Assembly: GCF_055900595.2 (NCBI RefSeq)
Contig: NZ_CM148325.1
Length of the DNA stretch: 64,000 bases
Direction: 5' to 3' (one strand)
Made by a program: the position numbers and the translations under genes. The notes under the pieces are model-generated. The model had not been told where the DNA came from. It saw nothing but the letters and a program-made list of their open reading frames with translations, and did not search any database. How positions within the stretch are numbered: position 1 is the stretch's first letter; every line of letters begins with the position of its first letter. Positions 30,848 through 42,653 of the stretch are shown here, piece by piece.

Positions 30848-31889
30848 GTTTGTACCTCCATTAAATTATTAAATACTGACATTTTTATGATATGTCAGTC
30901 AATTAGTTTTGTGATATGCCCATGTCGTCTTAGAAGAACAATGACGAGTCTGTATTATGGGGGATTAAATACATGCCCTAAGATTGTAACATATAAAGTC
31001 ATGGAACTGGTCTTTATGGTGTATTATTGTTACATGTAGTTAACATTATGGGTTATGTTATGCCCTTCCTGTATGTCCGGAGGATGTTGCTGTTCTGTGT
31101 GTGTCAGCGAGTGGGAAGACTGGCAGGAAGACGGTATTGAGCAGGATAAAAGTATGCGATGTCTGAGCAAAGAAAAGTGTGTACGATGGGCGTCATTATC
31201 AGGATGTCGGGTAACCACGGAAGGTTATTCAAAAAGGAAATGATGGATTACAGATGCGCAATATCGGCGCGGTTTTTTGGCGCGATTTTGTTGATTTTTA
31301 TATATCAGCACCATCTGTGACGTTGTCACATGGTGATAATTTCCTGATGTGTGTCCTTTATAACTGACAATATTTCAATGAAGTATGAGAATAAACGGTA
31401 ATATGCAGGTGTCAGAAGAAATGTTTACGATGGCCATCTCTTGTCATTATTGACGGAAATCTGCCTGATGTTCATCTCTTTTATCCGACGGTCAGATTTA
31501 CAGGGAGGGGATTCGCCTGAAAGATATCAGGTAATGCAGCTACCATGATAAAAACAGGTATCACTTCCTTTCGGGAAAAATAAATGTCCCGGTCTTCTGC
31601 ATGAGAATGTTTGTCAGACAGAAATGTCGTCTGAATCAGTTTTTTATCGCTGCCTGTTCGTTCGGTAAAGAACAGGATTATCGCTTGTCTGACTTACCTG
31701 AATGAATATGCCAGAATGATGTTATACTCCCGTTGTGTTGTGGAAATTTTTCAGGTGAAAAACATCCCGACAGGGAAAATAATTCCAGAGTAAATTTGCT
31801 CCGTTTTCAGAACAAAAATCCCCATGCTGACCGTGAAAAACTGAAACCAACATTCAGTCTGTATGAGTGTCTGAGAATGTTGCTAATGT

Positions 31890-32100
31890 CGGTATGATAC
31901 TATATACACGTATTTTACTAAGTATTATATACACCTATTTCATTAAGTATTTTTACTAAGCATTTCAATAAGTGTTATATACGTATTTTCTACTAAGTGT
32001 TTTACCAGACATACACGTATTTTCATAAACACTTCTACAAGTGTTTTCATTAAGTATTGCTATACACATTGCTTTGTCTGATACACATCCAGTTTAGTAA
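31890..32100. repeat. Iteron-like array of imperfect direct repeats (about 22-25 bp period) in AT-rich non-coding DNA
   Basis: Recurring units containing atacacgtatttt, tactaagt(g)tt and cattaagtat at 31903, 31929, 31981, 32010, 32037, 32061 and 32082. Confidence 0.55.
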
Positions 32101-32943
32101 ATTTGTTAGTCCTGTTTTTACGATAGCTAAAATCAGTTAACGTCACTACAAAACTTTCTGTCCTGTTTAAGCAGTCAATGTGCTATTCGATTTTACTGAT
32201 GTTACATTTAACCTTTTCTTAGTTTTTGTGTTTTTAGTCGTTAACCTGAGACAAGTGTCTTTATGTAAAAATGCAAATCCGGCTGAGATAACCTGGCGTG
32301 ATTTACTGTGTGCTTACGATGATTTTGTTAAATGGTTTTATGGATGATTTTGTAACGATGAGATTGATGAGATGATTAACTGGTCCTGGTGTTTTTTCTC
32401 AGTGCAAGGTGATTATCTTCATCATAAGGCTCTTTTCAGAAAAGCGTGATGATTGGTTCTGGTGTTTTGATTCAGATGAGGTTTACGTTATCGATGGTTA
32501 ATCGTTTTTATGGTGCGTAGTGAAAAGTAACGTTTTCAGTATAAGAAAATCGATTCTGATGTTGGTGGTTTTTGTTCTTGGGGTGGGGTGTCTGTAAACA
32601 GGTTTTAAACGCGCTATTCGGCTCTGTGATTGAGTTTTGTGGTTAAGCTGTAGGTTTTGGTATTGTTGTTGATTCACAGCAGCAGAAAGCGTTCTGATTG
32701 CGTTTTTGGTGTTTTGTTTGCACGTTCTGTTGATCCGTTTCCCTTCGGGCTTTGTAGTTTTTAAAAACCATTTATGCCGTTGTTGTGTGTTTTACCCTGC
32801 GTGTAGGTTTATCTTTTCTTCGTGGGGGATTCATTCTGTTTTAATCAGGAGCCATTGGCGTTGCTCAATGGCGGGATGCCGTAAAGTTTTACCGCGGTGA
32901 TTAATGATGTGAAGTCAATCCAAATCAACGGAGATCTCTCATC

Positions 32944-33675
32944 ATGAATCAACCAATACACAATGCTTACTGGTTATCCCGTTTTGACAGCCTTCTCGAC
33001 AGTGCCCTGGTGCAGCACCGTGCCGTCTCGTTAATTCGGGTGGATTTACGTTTTCCTGAGTATATGCCTGCCACTATTATGGATACCGATTTAGATTCAG
33101 CAGTGATTTCTCGTTTTTTCGAATCCCTGAAAGCAAAAATTCAGGCTTACCAGCGGAAAAAACGACGTGCCAACAAGCGTGTGCATGCAACCACTCTGCG
33201 TTATTTCTGGTGTCGGGAGTTTGGCAAGGAAAAAGGCAGGAAACATTATCACGTGATATTACTGCTCAACAAAGATACCTGGTGCTCGCCAGGGGATTTC
33301 ACCGTTCCTTCTTCGCTGGCGACGCTGATCAAGCTGGCATGGTGTAGCGCTCTGCATCTTGAGCCCTGGCAGGGTAATGGACTGGTTCATTTTTCCAGGC
33401 GGGCGCCTTTCCGTAAACCGACATCATCTGATGCTCGCCCTTCTTCCGATGATACGCCTTTGTCGGGTGGATGTTCTGATACCCGGAAAGCTTCTGACAA
33501 AAAATCTGGTGGATCCGCTGTGCTCTGGGTCAAGCGTGGTGATGTGGAAGCGATGCAGAAAGCCATGGAGAGAGCCTGTTATCTCGTGAAGTATGAGACG
33601 AAGCAGCATGACGGTTCTGGTCAACGTAATTATGGTTGCAGTCGTGGGCCGGGGCGTTTACTGGATGGCAGGTGA
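32944..33675 (+). CDS. Rep-like HUH protein (inovirus Gp2 / YfjJ-YagK family), 243 aa
   Basis: HUH-type motif KHYHVILLLN; family recalled from CP4-type islands; conserved leader immediately upstream. Confidence 0.65.
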   Translation: MNQPIHNAYWLSRFDSLLDSALVQHRAVSLIRVDLRFPEYMPATIMDTDLDSAVISRFFESLKAKIQAYQRKKRRANKRVHATTLRYFWCREFGKEKGRKHYHVILLLNKDTWCSPGDFTVPSSLATLIKLAWCSALHLEPWQGNGLVHFSRRAPFRKPTSSDARPSSDDTPLSGGCSDTRKASDKKSGGSAVLWVKRGDVEAMQKAMERACYLVKYETKQHDGSGQRNYGCSRGPGRLLDGR

Positions 33676-34106
33676 GCCCTGTAAAACGGCATCCGGTGCC
33701 TGAGCATACGTCACGTAATTAACTGTCTTGACCAACAAAATTATGGAGTAACCTGATGGCAGGATTCATTACATTTCTTTGTTCTTTCTGAGTATCGCAT
33801 TCAGGATGGTCAGCAGTTTGCGCATACAGGCTACCAGCACCGCCGTAGTCATTACGCCGATGCCTTTAATGTTGCTCAGGTGCTCAGCTGGTTCTTTAAA
33901 ATGGTTCCGGATGTGGGTGTTCATCTTCCAGCGCTTTGATGATATTAATGTTTTTTTTGCTTTGCGGGTGAGCCGGGTACAACCTGTTTTGCTCAGTAAC
34001 TGGCATTGCGATCAACTGGTGTCTGCAAACGACTATGGCATTAAGAACCTGACGTTCTGCATCCGGCAAAGTCCGGATAAAGCGGTCTCGTTCCGGATGG
34101 TAATTA

Positions 34107-34262
<156 letters not shown>

Positions 34263-34442
34263 TCAACACAAAGGCCATATCGTGCTGCCTCAGTTCAGCG
34301 ATGATGAAATCAACGCCGTCAGCACCACTGGCAACAGAAAACCGTTCAATAGTGTTGCTGGCGGTAATATCCAGCGTTGTTTTGGACACATCGGTATCAA
34401 CACAAAGTGGATTTGGCAGACTCATTATTGCCCATTCTTGCT

Positions 34443-34485
<43 letters not shown>

Positions 34486-34858
34486 TGGCTCAGCGTATGC
34501 GCCATTTGCTTACATATGGGCTTAAACCCTAAGGGGCACCAGGCTGCATACGCTTTGCCAAATCTGTTCGCTGCTCATGATAACGAAGAACCAGGATACA
34601 AGGTGGAAGATCCTCAACGCTCAGGGGCGCAATGTTCCCTGTGTTTCATGCCCCCATCGTTTGTTGCTGTGGTGCCAGACTTCTGAGGCACCTCCATGTC
34701 GTTTTGCTTTTGTCAGCATCATAAATGCGTCGGGACTGGTGAATGGATACAAGTCATTTTATTATCGACGTCAGCGAACATACTCACTATGTCGGTATAT
34801 TTCTGAACTGAACAGTAAGTTTTGCGTTGATTACAGTATGCGAAGGAGGTCCATTACA

Positions 34859-36463
34859 ATGAATCCCGATTATGTGCAATCCTTGCAGACATCCCACCAC
34901 TTCCCAGCTGATTTAACCTACAGATTATTTCCTAGTGAGCTTGCGTATCTCATTGACGACTTATATGAAAGTACCCAACTTCCGTTGGAGCTCATTTTTA
35001 ATACTGTACTGGCAACGCTCTCACTCTCCTGTCAGTCATTGGTTGACGTTGTTCATCCTCACACCAACATGCCGGAACCCTGCTCACTTTATCTGTTGGC
35101 AATCGCAGAGCCAGGCGCGGGAAAAACAACGATAAACAGACTGGTGATGAACCCCTGTTACGAATTTGCCGATCGACTCATTCAACAATACGAAGAGAGA
35201 AACAAAGATTATAAGACTGAACTACAGATCTGGAATACCCGGCAGAAAGCGCTTGCTGCCAATTTAAGAAAGGTTGTTAACCGGGGGTATCCGGGGGAAC
35301 AGGAAGAAGAGGCGCTGCGTAATCACGAAAGAAATAAACCGACACGTCCGGTTCGACCGAATTTTATCTATGAAGATGTTTCGCTTAAAGCGCTTGTGGA
35401 AGGGCTCAATGAACATCCTGAGGCAGGGGTTATTTCTGATGAGGCGGTCACTTTTTTCAGAAGCTATCTGAAAAATTATCCGGGCCTGTTGAATAAAGCA
35501 TGGAGTGGGCAACCGTTTGATTTTGGACGGGCTGACGAGAAATACCATATCGCGCCACGTCTGACATTTTCGTTAATGTCTCAGCCGGATGTCTTTACGA
35601 ATTATATAAATAAAAATGACGTACTGGCGTGGGGAAGCGGATTTCTTTCCCGGTTTCTGTTCAGTCAGGTTGTAAGTTCTTCCTGGATACGTGATTATAC
35701 GAGAGGTGAGTTCAGAACAATATCAACCCTGGAGAACTTTCATAAAAAGATTAACGGATTCCTGTTAAACCACAACATTAATTTCCCCGGCATGAGCACC
35801 GAAAGGAAGACATTAAAACTTGCGAAGAAAGCGTTGGGGGAGTGGCAGGAAAACCAGATTAAGATTGAAAGAAAAGCGCTTGCAGGCGGGGAGTGGGAAC
35901 ACATCAGAGATATTGTTCTGAAAGCAGGCTCTAATATACTGAGGATAGCTGGAATATTCACCTGCTATTGCTATAAAGATGCTGAGGAAATTGAATCAAT
36001 TACGCTTTTTAAAGCTATGCATCTCATGGACTGGTATCTGGAGGAGGCGAGCACAATATTTTATCCCATGTCTGCACGATGCCAGTTTGAACAGGATGCC
36101 TGTGAACTGTATGCATGGATTATGACCCGAATAAGGCAGAATAATTGGCGTGCTATCAGGAAAACAGACATTGAAAGATATGGTCCCAATCGACTGAGAA
36201 GAGCAGAAAAACTTACACCTGTACTCAATCAGTTAATCTGTCAGGGGTATTTATGTATCATCAGAATGCGATCGCATCAGGCACTTTATGTTTCTGTTTA
36301 TTGTAACAATGGTTACCTCCTTCCTTTAGGCGCAATGTATTACGAACAGTTTGATATTGTTCTACCCGAGAATATTCATAAAGCGAAAGCATATCACGTT
36401 AATATTCCACCGGAATTAATTCCGTCATTTGCGTCACCTTTTTCAGAGTATAGCTTATTTTGA
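34859..36463 (+). CDS. DUF3987-type P-loop protein (YfjI-like, primase-associated family), about 534 aa
   Basis: Track ORF 34577..36463 trimmed to MNPDYV with strong RBS aaggaggt; Walker A-like AEPGAGKTT. Confidence 0.65.
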   Translation: MNPDYVQSLQTSHHFPADLTYRLFPSELAYLIDDLYESTQLPLELIFNTVLATLSLSCQSLVDVVHPHTNMPEPCSLYLLAIAEPGAGKTTINRLVMNPCYEFADRLIQQYEERNKDYKTELQIWNTRQKALAANLRKVVNRGYPGEQEEEALRNHERNKPTRPVRPNFIYEDVSLKALVEGLNEHPEAGVISDEAVTFFRSYLKNYPGLLNKAWSGQPFDFGRADEKYHIAPRLTFSLMSQPDVFTNYINKNDVLAWGSGFLSRFLFSQVVSSSWIRDYTRGEFRTISTLENFHKKINGFLLNHNINFPGMSTERKTLKLAKKALGEWQENQIKIERKALAGGEWEHIRDIVLKAGSNILRIAGIFTCYCYKDAEEIESITLFKAMHLMDWYLEEASTIFYPMSARCQFEQDACELYAWIMTRIRQNNWRAIRKTDIERYGPNRLRRAEKLTPVLNQLICQGYLCIIRMRSHQALYVSVYCNNGYLLPLGAMYYEQFDIVLPENIHKAKAYHVNIPPELIPSFASPFSEYSLF

Positions 36464-38027
36464 AATAACCTTACACAGATAAAACAAAATCAACCAACCT
36501 TCATTCGGAGGTTGGTGATAAGGCGTTTTGCATATCCTGCACCTATGCAAATGTTCACCAATTATGGGGGGTGAATGAGAATTTCTCTGAAAAAACCGCT
36601 ACGGTAGCAACAGTAGCAGCACATGCACCACATCTGTGATTTAATTTTGTTTTCATAATGACCTGCTGTCAGAGCTGGTTGAATACAGGAGTGTGCGCAC
36701 TGGTGGAAGCATGGCTTTCGTTTTTTTATTGATCGAAAGTGAATCGAAAGATTATTTTTAACATAGATTAAAGCTAATCATTAACCATATTGTGTGAGTT
36801 TTCATATATAACTTCGTTTGATTTTTGTCGTGATGAGTGCAGGTGTATATGATAATGTTGGTCTCTGCCTGAATAACGAATGGTTATCACTGTTACTGAA
36901 AAGAGATGCTGTTCAAGTTTGCATTTCAATAGGAGAGTGAAGAAAAATGATTTGATATTTTTTTCTGTAAGATAATGGTTTGTCATGTTCGTATTCAGAA
37001 CGGATGATTTCTTATTTTTACTCATCAAACATGGATAATTTTAATTTAGGTTTATTACTATAATTAGTATCTACCCCTTTATTTATCATCCATCTCTGCC
37101 CTTCATTTTCCCTCTCTGTCTTTACACATTCCATTACTCTTATTCTCATCCAGTTATATTCACTCCCTTCCTTGTCTAATCTGCATTGTCACCATTATCA
37201 TGGTATCCACCTTCTCCATTCCTCAATCATAACTACTGTAACTCATATGATACTCAGATAAGTTATTCTCTACTACGCTATTGCTGATATCCATCTGTTC
37301 CTGTTTTCAGTAAAATAATAATTTATTTTAATTTTATCTATCATGAGCTGTATTTGCTTAACAATGATTGTTTATCTGATATGTTTTAACCATTCCGGTA
37401 AATATCAATACTTCTGTCATCACTGATTAACTGAATGTTTACTCTTTGATAAGGTGTCCATGATTTCGTCATGTTTAACAGTGCAGGATAAACAATGAAA
37501 TTAACAGAGTGAATTCCTGATTATGTTTTTTTCGGGTTGTATTGTTTAAGATGCAGGGTAAAAATCATGCCAGTGGTATTTTTTACTCTGGTAATGTGTG
37601 CGGTTAACGTTCATGTCCTTAAGAACAGATTGGATGAGGGCGTATAAGTTTATTGTGTTGGCCTTGTATACGTTTTTTTTAGAACCACTGAGAGCAAGTT
37701 TGTAGTTTATGATGTTATTGGTCGTAATATGTTTCTTGAACTTCTGGTCGTGGGTTTTTATCGCGTGTTTTGCAGTATTTTGTGATGTTTATTGATTCTG
37801 TATTTTATTCGCTCCTCGTTTATCTCATCTCTTTAGCTAATACCATCAGATAATCCATTTATTTCTGCACAACGCTACGTGTCGTTAATAACCGACGTAT
37901 CCATTCTGTTACAGCATGCCTGATAAATACCGTCTGTAAGTTATTACCGTTTTAGATCTGATTATGAGCGAAAGCATTAATTCGTTTACAGCACTTAAAA
38001 CGTCATTAACTTTCAGGAGTCATCAGC

Positions 38028-38594
38028 ATGCCTAAATCTTACACACCAAACTGGTTTTTTACCGCTTTACTTGACAATCACATCAATCAAATGATGGCAC
38101 GCTATTCCTGCCTGCGGGCCTTACGCATGGATTTCTTCTACAGGAAAGATACGCCTGATTTCTTACAACCTGATCATCGCTGGCTTGAATTGCAGTTGCG
38201 TATGCTGCTGGAGCAGGTGGAACAATTTGAAAATATCGTTGGCTTCTTCTGGGTGATTGAATGGACGGCTGATCATGGTTTTCATGCGCATGCGGTTTTC
38301 TGGATCGATCGTCAGAGGGTTAAAAAAATATATCCCTTTGCGGAGCGGATTACGGAATGCTGGCGGTCTATTACGCATAACAGTGGTTCGGCACACCGCT
38401 GTACATATCAGCCGCATTATACATACAACATCAACATTCCTGTGCGCCACAACGATCCTGAAAGCATCGATAATATTCGCGGTGCCCTGCATTATCTGGC
38501 GAAAGAAGAACAAAAAGACGGGCTGTGTGCCTACGGCTGCAATGAAGTTCCTGAACGTCCTGCTGCAGGGCGTCCTCGTAAGCCTCACTTCTGA
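38028..38594 (+). CDS. Rep-like HUH protein (inovirus Gp2 / YfjJ family), 188 aa
   Basis: HUH-type motif HGFHAHAVFWID; same GT-rich leader architecture upstream as the 32944 gene. Confidence 0.6.
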   Translation: MPKSYTPNWFFTALLDNHINQMMARYSCLRALRMDFFYRKDTPDFLQPDHRWLELQLRMLLEQVEQFENIVGFFWVIEWTADHGFHAHAVFWIDRQRVKKIYPFAERITECWRSITHNSGSAHRCTYQPHYTYNINIPVRHNDPESIDNIRGALHYLAKEEQKDGLCAYGCNEVPERPAAGRPRKPHF

Positions 38595-38708
38595 AGCTTA
38601 AGGCCTGAGCCTCCGCTCCTGGAAACACTCCGTCGGTAAAACCTTACCGCCTTGATTAATGATGTGAACTGAAGTCAACGGAGATCATTCACCCTGAACC
38701 TGCATCCG

Positions 38709-39416
38709 GTGTTCTGTCCCTTATCTTCCCGTTCTGCTTCAGTTCTTCACTTATTCCATCAATCTCATCCGCAAGCCATAACACGTCAGCTCATTCACGG
38801 GCAGGACGCATTGTGGGCTGCGCATAACGGAACATATCTTATGAATGCTATTCCTTATTTCGACTATAGCCTGGCACCCTTCTGGCCATCTTATCAGAAC
38901 AAAGTCATCGGCGTCCTTGAGCGTGCGCTGCGTGAGCAGTCCGGCTCACGGATACGGCGGATCCTGCTTCGTCTGCCGTGGGAACATGACAACGCCTTCA
39001 ACAGCAGACAGACCTGGTTTGGTATGGATTTTATCGAAACCGTCAGTGCGCTGATGAATGCGAAACCCGGACGCGACCTTTGCTGGCTCCTGACCCGTCA
39101 TCCGGAAAAGCCGGAATACCACGTGGTGCTGTGCGTCAGACAGGAGTATTTCGACGGCCCCGAACTGGACCGGCTGATTCTGGATGCCTGGAGCAACGTA
39201 CTGGGCTTCGCGTCACCGGGGGAAGCGGCACCGTACCAGAAACAGATAACCCGGGATGTGGTGCTGGACAGTCGTTCACCGGACTGCGAAGACATCCTCA
39301 AAGATTTGATCTGGGCGTTCAGTGATTTCGCCCGCGATCGTCGTGGTGTGTGCGATCCGGAAGCCCGTTGCCTCGCCGGTAATCCCGGCTATCCCGGATC
39401 TGCAGGACCGTTCTGA
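38709..39416 (+). CDS. Hypothetical island protein (235 aa by track; true start uncertain)
   Basis: Track ORF upstream of alpA; the conserved leader motif precedes it but no ATG follows at the expected distance. Confidence 0.4.
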   Translation: MFCPLSSRSASVLHLFHQSHPQAITRQLIHGQDALWAAHNGTYLMNAIPYFDYSLAPFWPSYQNKVIGVLERALREQSGSRIRRILLRLPWEHDNAFNSRQTWFGMDFIETVSALMNAKPGRDLCWLLTRHPEKPEYHVVLCVRQEYFDGPELDRLILDAWSNVLGFASPGEAAPYQKQITRDVVLDSRSPDCEDILKDLIWAFSDFARDRRGVCDPEARCLAGNPGYPGSAGPF

Positions 39417-39484
39417 GAATACGGCTCAGCACCTTTCCCCGCATTCGCACAACCTTCATAAATCTCACAGAGGATATTCTGACC

Positions 39485-39721
39485 ATGTTGACCTCAATGA
39501 CAGGCCACGACTGCGTGTTGCTGCGTGCCGACGATCCCCTGATCGACATGAACTACATCACCAGTTTCACCGGTATGACAGATAAATGGTTTTACAAGCT
39601 GATCAGTGAAGGCCATTTCCCGAAACCCATCAAGCTGGGCCGCAGCAGCCGCTGGTACAAAAGTGAAGTGGAGCAGTGGATGCAGCAGCGAATTGAGGAA
39701 TCACGAGGAGCAGCAGCATGA
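39485..39721 (+). CDS. AlpA-family phage regulatory/excisionase-like protein
   Basis: ...MNYITSFTGMTDKWFYKLISEGHFPKPIKLGRSSRWYKSEVEQWMQQR fits the AlpA wHTH family; start may be the internal Met at 39548. Confidence 0.7.
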   Translation: MLTSMTGHDCVLLRADDPLIDMNYITSFTGMTDKWFYKLISEGHFPKPIKLGRSSRWYKSEVEQWMQQRIEESRGAAA

Positions 39722-39912
39722 AACGTGTTGCAATGTCGGCGCTGGTATTGCGGAAATCAGCCCTGTCCCTGGTGCTGGCGACATTACCGTTCATCTTCCT
39801 GCTGACCCTCTCCGGTCAGCCAGCAGATTGTAGCTCTTTCCTGACTGATTCGTCATTCCATTCACATTGTTTATAACTGGCATTACACCGGTGTTGATGC
39901 GCACCTTCCCGT

Positions 39913-40512
39913 GTGTCTGCACCGGCTGAACAAAATTCAACAGGGTTTGAAAAGGAACATTTCGTGCAAATAACCGAAGCATTAATTTCAGAGCCGGGAG
40001 ACATCCGGCGTTTTATTCAGCAGGCGGTGGACCACTGGCCGCATTTGCTGGCATTTTACTTCACACTCCATTCGGCAGAAGGAAATATCAACGGGCAACA
40101 GATTCATGCATTCTGTACTTCCTTTTACCGACAGGTGCACGAACGTATTACTGAGCGTAATCACACGGCCAGTCCATCATCGCCGGTGGTGTTACGCTGG
40201 TTGCGGGAACAACATGGAGGAGCAACAATTCGATGCCTGTTGCTGCTCAGCCAGACGAGTATTTGTCACCCGCGAGCCAGTGTCACAGTTGATGAACAAT
40301 GTTCGCAAATGGTGGATTTATTGCAACAGACATGGCGGGTGATAAGTGCTGACGGACAATGCCGGGTGGAAAGGTGTTTTCAGGCTGCCCGGGGTGATAC
40401 ATCCGGCCAGTATATTGCGTTAAAAACAGTTGCATTGTCTCTGGGGTTACCGGTTGTGACCGGTATTACCCATCGCCCGGTACAGCGCTGTACATTGATT
40501 ACAGCTCAGTGA
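39913..40512 (+). CDS. Hypothetical protein (199 aa)
   Basis: Track ORF downstream of alpA; family not recognised. Confidence 0.45.
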   Translation: MSAPAEQNSTGFEKEHFVQITEALISEPGDIRRFIQQAVDHWPHLLAFYFTLHSAEGNINGQQIHAFCTSFYRQVHERITERNHTASPSSPVVLRWLREQHGGATIRCLLLLSQTSICHPRASVTVDEQCSQMVDLLQQTWRVISADGQCRVERCFQAARGDTSGQYIALKTVALSLGLPVVTGITHRPVQRCTLITAQ

Positions 40513-40529
40513 ACAGCGCTGTTGTGCAG

Positions 40530-40832
40530 TCAACGAGGTTTTCTGTCTTTTCGTCGGTCATTCAGCATCATTAAACGGGTCTCTGCCTCTTTCTGTTCCT
40601 GTGGTGTCACTTCCCCGCACGGCTGACCGTTCAGGTTGTAACGGGCGCCACCTGCTATTAACGCACGGTAATAGCGCGGAGACTGCACATAAGACGCCAC
40701 TGCTGCATGTAATGTACCAGCGCCAAACGCCAGTTCTCGGATGGCGATATCCTGTATCAGGTCGTCAGGTATCCCCACTTTAAGTGGTTTTGTTTTTTTC
40801 CCGGTTGAATGACTCAGGCCAGAGTTCCACAA
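40530..40832 (-). CDS. Hypothetical protein (100 aa), possibly part of a frameshifted gene with ORF 40847..41041
   Basis: Two adjacent minus-strand ORFs in different frames. Confidence 0.35.
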   Translation of the reverse strand: MWNSGLSHSTGKKTKPLKVGIPDDLIQDIAIRELAFGAGTLHAAVASYVQSPRYYRALIAGGARYNLNGQPCGEVTPQEQKEAETRLMMLNDRRKDRKPR

Positions 40833-41633
40833 GACGAATAATGCGCTTACGGTTTTTGCTCTGGCGTTTTGTCATGTCGCCACGGTGTTTTATCAGCAGG
40901 TTTCTGTTTATCGTTCAACTGTGGTATCTGGTCACCGGCCTTCATTTTGTATGCTGTGTCCGTTTTATTCTGCAGCGGCGTTGCCGGTGATTTACTGAAA
41001 ATACCCTGCGGTTTACGGTTAATGGTCAGAGTTACCATCAATTTTGTTACCTCGCGCTGTCAATGGAAGTAGTACCTCATCCGATATCTGAAAATGTTTT
41101 CCGGTGGATGTTACAGCGAATTTCATGTAAGACATGTTGTTGTCGGTATTGTTCAGTACTGTGCGTTGTGAGCGTATTCGTTATCAGACAGAGGGGCAGG
41201 GAACAAACGTCAGAGGTTAAGGATATCCGGGAACAAATGGCGTAAACGGACATCTCAGTGCCTGAGAAACAGTACAGGTCAGGCCATCATGGCCTGCAAA
41301 CAGAGCCCTGGCGACCCCGTGGCCGAAAACGAAACAATAACCCGCGCGCAGTGCGAGGAATCCGGATGTGAAGCAATCAGCAGGTAATATTAATGGCAGG
41401 ACCAGCAGGTTCTTTAAACAAACGAACATGCTGTAATTGATATTTTGCTTATTGTATTTTCTTTTTAGTTATTAAATTAATTTATTTACGAAAAATTTTC
41501 TGCAGATACAGGATGGGAATTCAGGGTGTCATCACGCCTTATGATGACACCCTTCCCCTGGTTGTGGAAAACCGAAGGATATATCAGGTTCAGCAACAAA
41601 ATCAGTGAGCTGAAAGATACCAGTCCCCCAGCT

Positions 41634-42653
41634 TCAGCAGCTTTCACGTAAACATAAACAGGGCTCAATGAATATCTGATTGCTCCAGTTACCTTCTTTA
41701 ATTCGTTCCAGCAAAACATTTCCTGCTTCCAGACCAATTTTCCTGTGAGGAACGGCCATTGTTGTTAATGATGGTTGGCAAACTTTGCTGACGTCACTGT
41801 CACCAAATCCTACTACGGCGAGCTCGTCTGGAACTTTGATCCGTCTTCGTTGACATTCATAGAGAACACCGCAGGCTAACTCATCTGACACACATACCAG
41901 GGCATCCAGTTCCGGCCATGCGAGCAAAAATTCCGGTAGTTGTGATGCTCCGGTGGAAAAAACAGGTGGCAGAGCAGCGTTAATAACACGGTTGGGAGAC
42001 ATATGATGGCGTAACATAGCTTTATACCATCCCTGTAAATGCTGCTGAAAGATCCACTGTTCCTGGTTAGCGCATAGCAAACCGATATTCTGATAACCAC
42101 GTTGTACCAGCATATCCGTCAGCTCGAACATTGCTGCAACATTATCAATACCAATGTTGATATCTATCGGATCAGTACGAATGGCACCGATTTCTATAAC
42201 AGGAATCGAGGCATTTTTGAGCAAGTGACGCACGGTACTATTATGCTCAACACTAAGCAAAATTGCTGCAGCGATATTAGAAGCCAGCAGGGTTTCCAGC
42301 AGTTTTTCTTCTTGTTCCAGACGATGGCGTGACTCAGCCAGGATTATTTGATACCCCGCTGGTTGTAGCACATGTTGCAGCCCGGCAAACATTTCCGTGC
42401 ATCCCGCTTCAGCCAGGTTTGGCACGACCATTGCGATCGTGTGTGAAGATGCCGATGCCAGTGCGCTTGCAGTGAGGTTGGGCATATACCCTAATTCATT
42501 AACTGCGGCTTCAATCTTCTCCCTCAATTTATCTGAAACTTGTTCGGGAGTGCGTAACGCTCTGGATACAGTCATTGTGCCAACTCCCGCGAGTTGCGCG
42601 ACATCAGCAATAGTGACTTTACCTGTACTACGACGTTTTCGGGTTATTGCCAT
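41634..42653 (-). CDS. LacI-family transcriptional repressor (339 aa)
   Basis: N-terminal HTH (VTIADVAQLAGVGTMTVSRALR) plus periplasmic-binding-protein-like sugar-binding domain; divergent from the PTS operon. Confidence 0.85.
   Translation of the reverse strand: MAITRKRRSTGKVTIADVAQLAGVGTMTVSRALRTPEQVSDKLREKIEAAVNELGYMPNLTASALASASSHTIAMVVPNLAEAGCTEMFAGLQHVLQPAGYQIILAESRHRLEQEEKLLETLLASNIAAAILLSVEHNSTVRHLLKNASIPVIEIGAIRTDPIDINIGIDNVAAMFELTDMLVQRGYQNIGLLCANQEQWIFQQHLQGWYKAMLRHHMSPNRVINAALPPVFSTGASQLPEFLLAWPELDALVCVSDELACGVLYECQRRRIKVPDELAVVGFGDSDVSKVCQPSLTTMAVPHRKIGLEAGNVLLERIKEGNWSNQIFIEPCLCLRESC

Noticed and set aside
31890-32100. Repeat array as a CRISPR locus
   Set aside because: Repeats are imperfect, about 22-25 bp with no unique spacers of regular length, AT-rich and without a leader or cas genes; better explained as iterons.
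36774-37028. 84-aa minus-strand ORF in the AT-rich tract
   Set aside because: Lies in a strongly strand-skewed non-coding region, has no RBS and an implausible low-complexity product.
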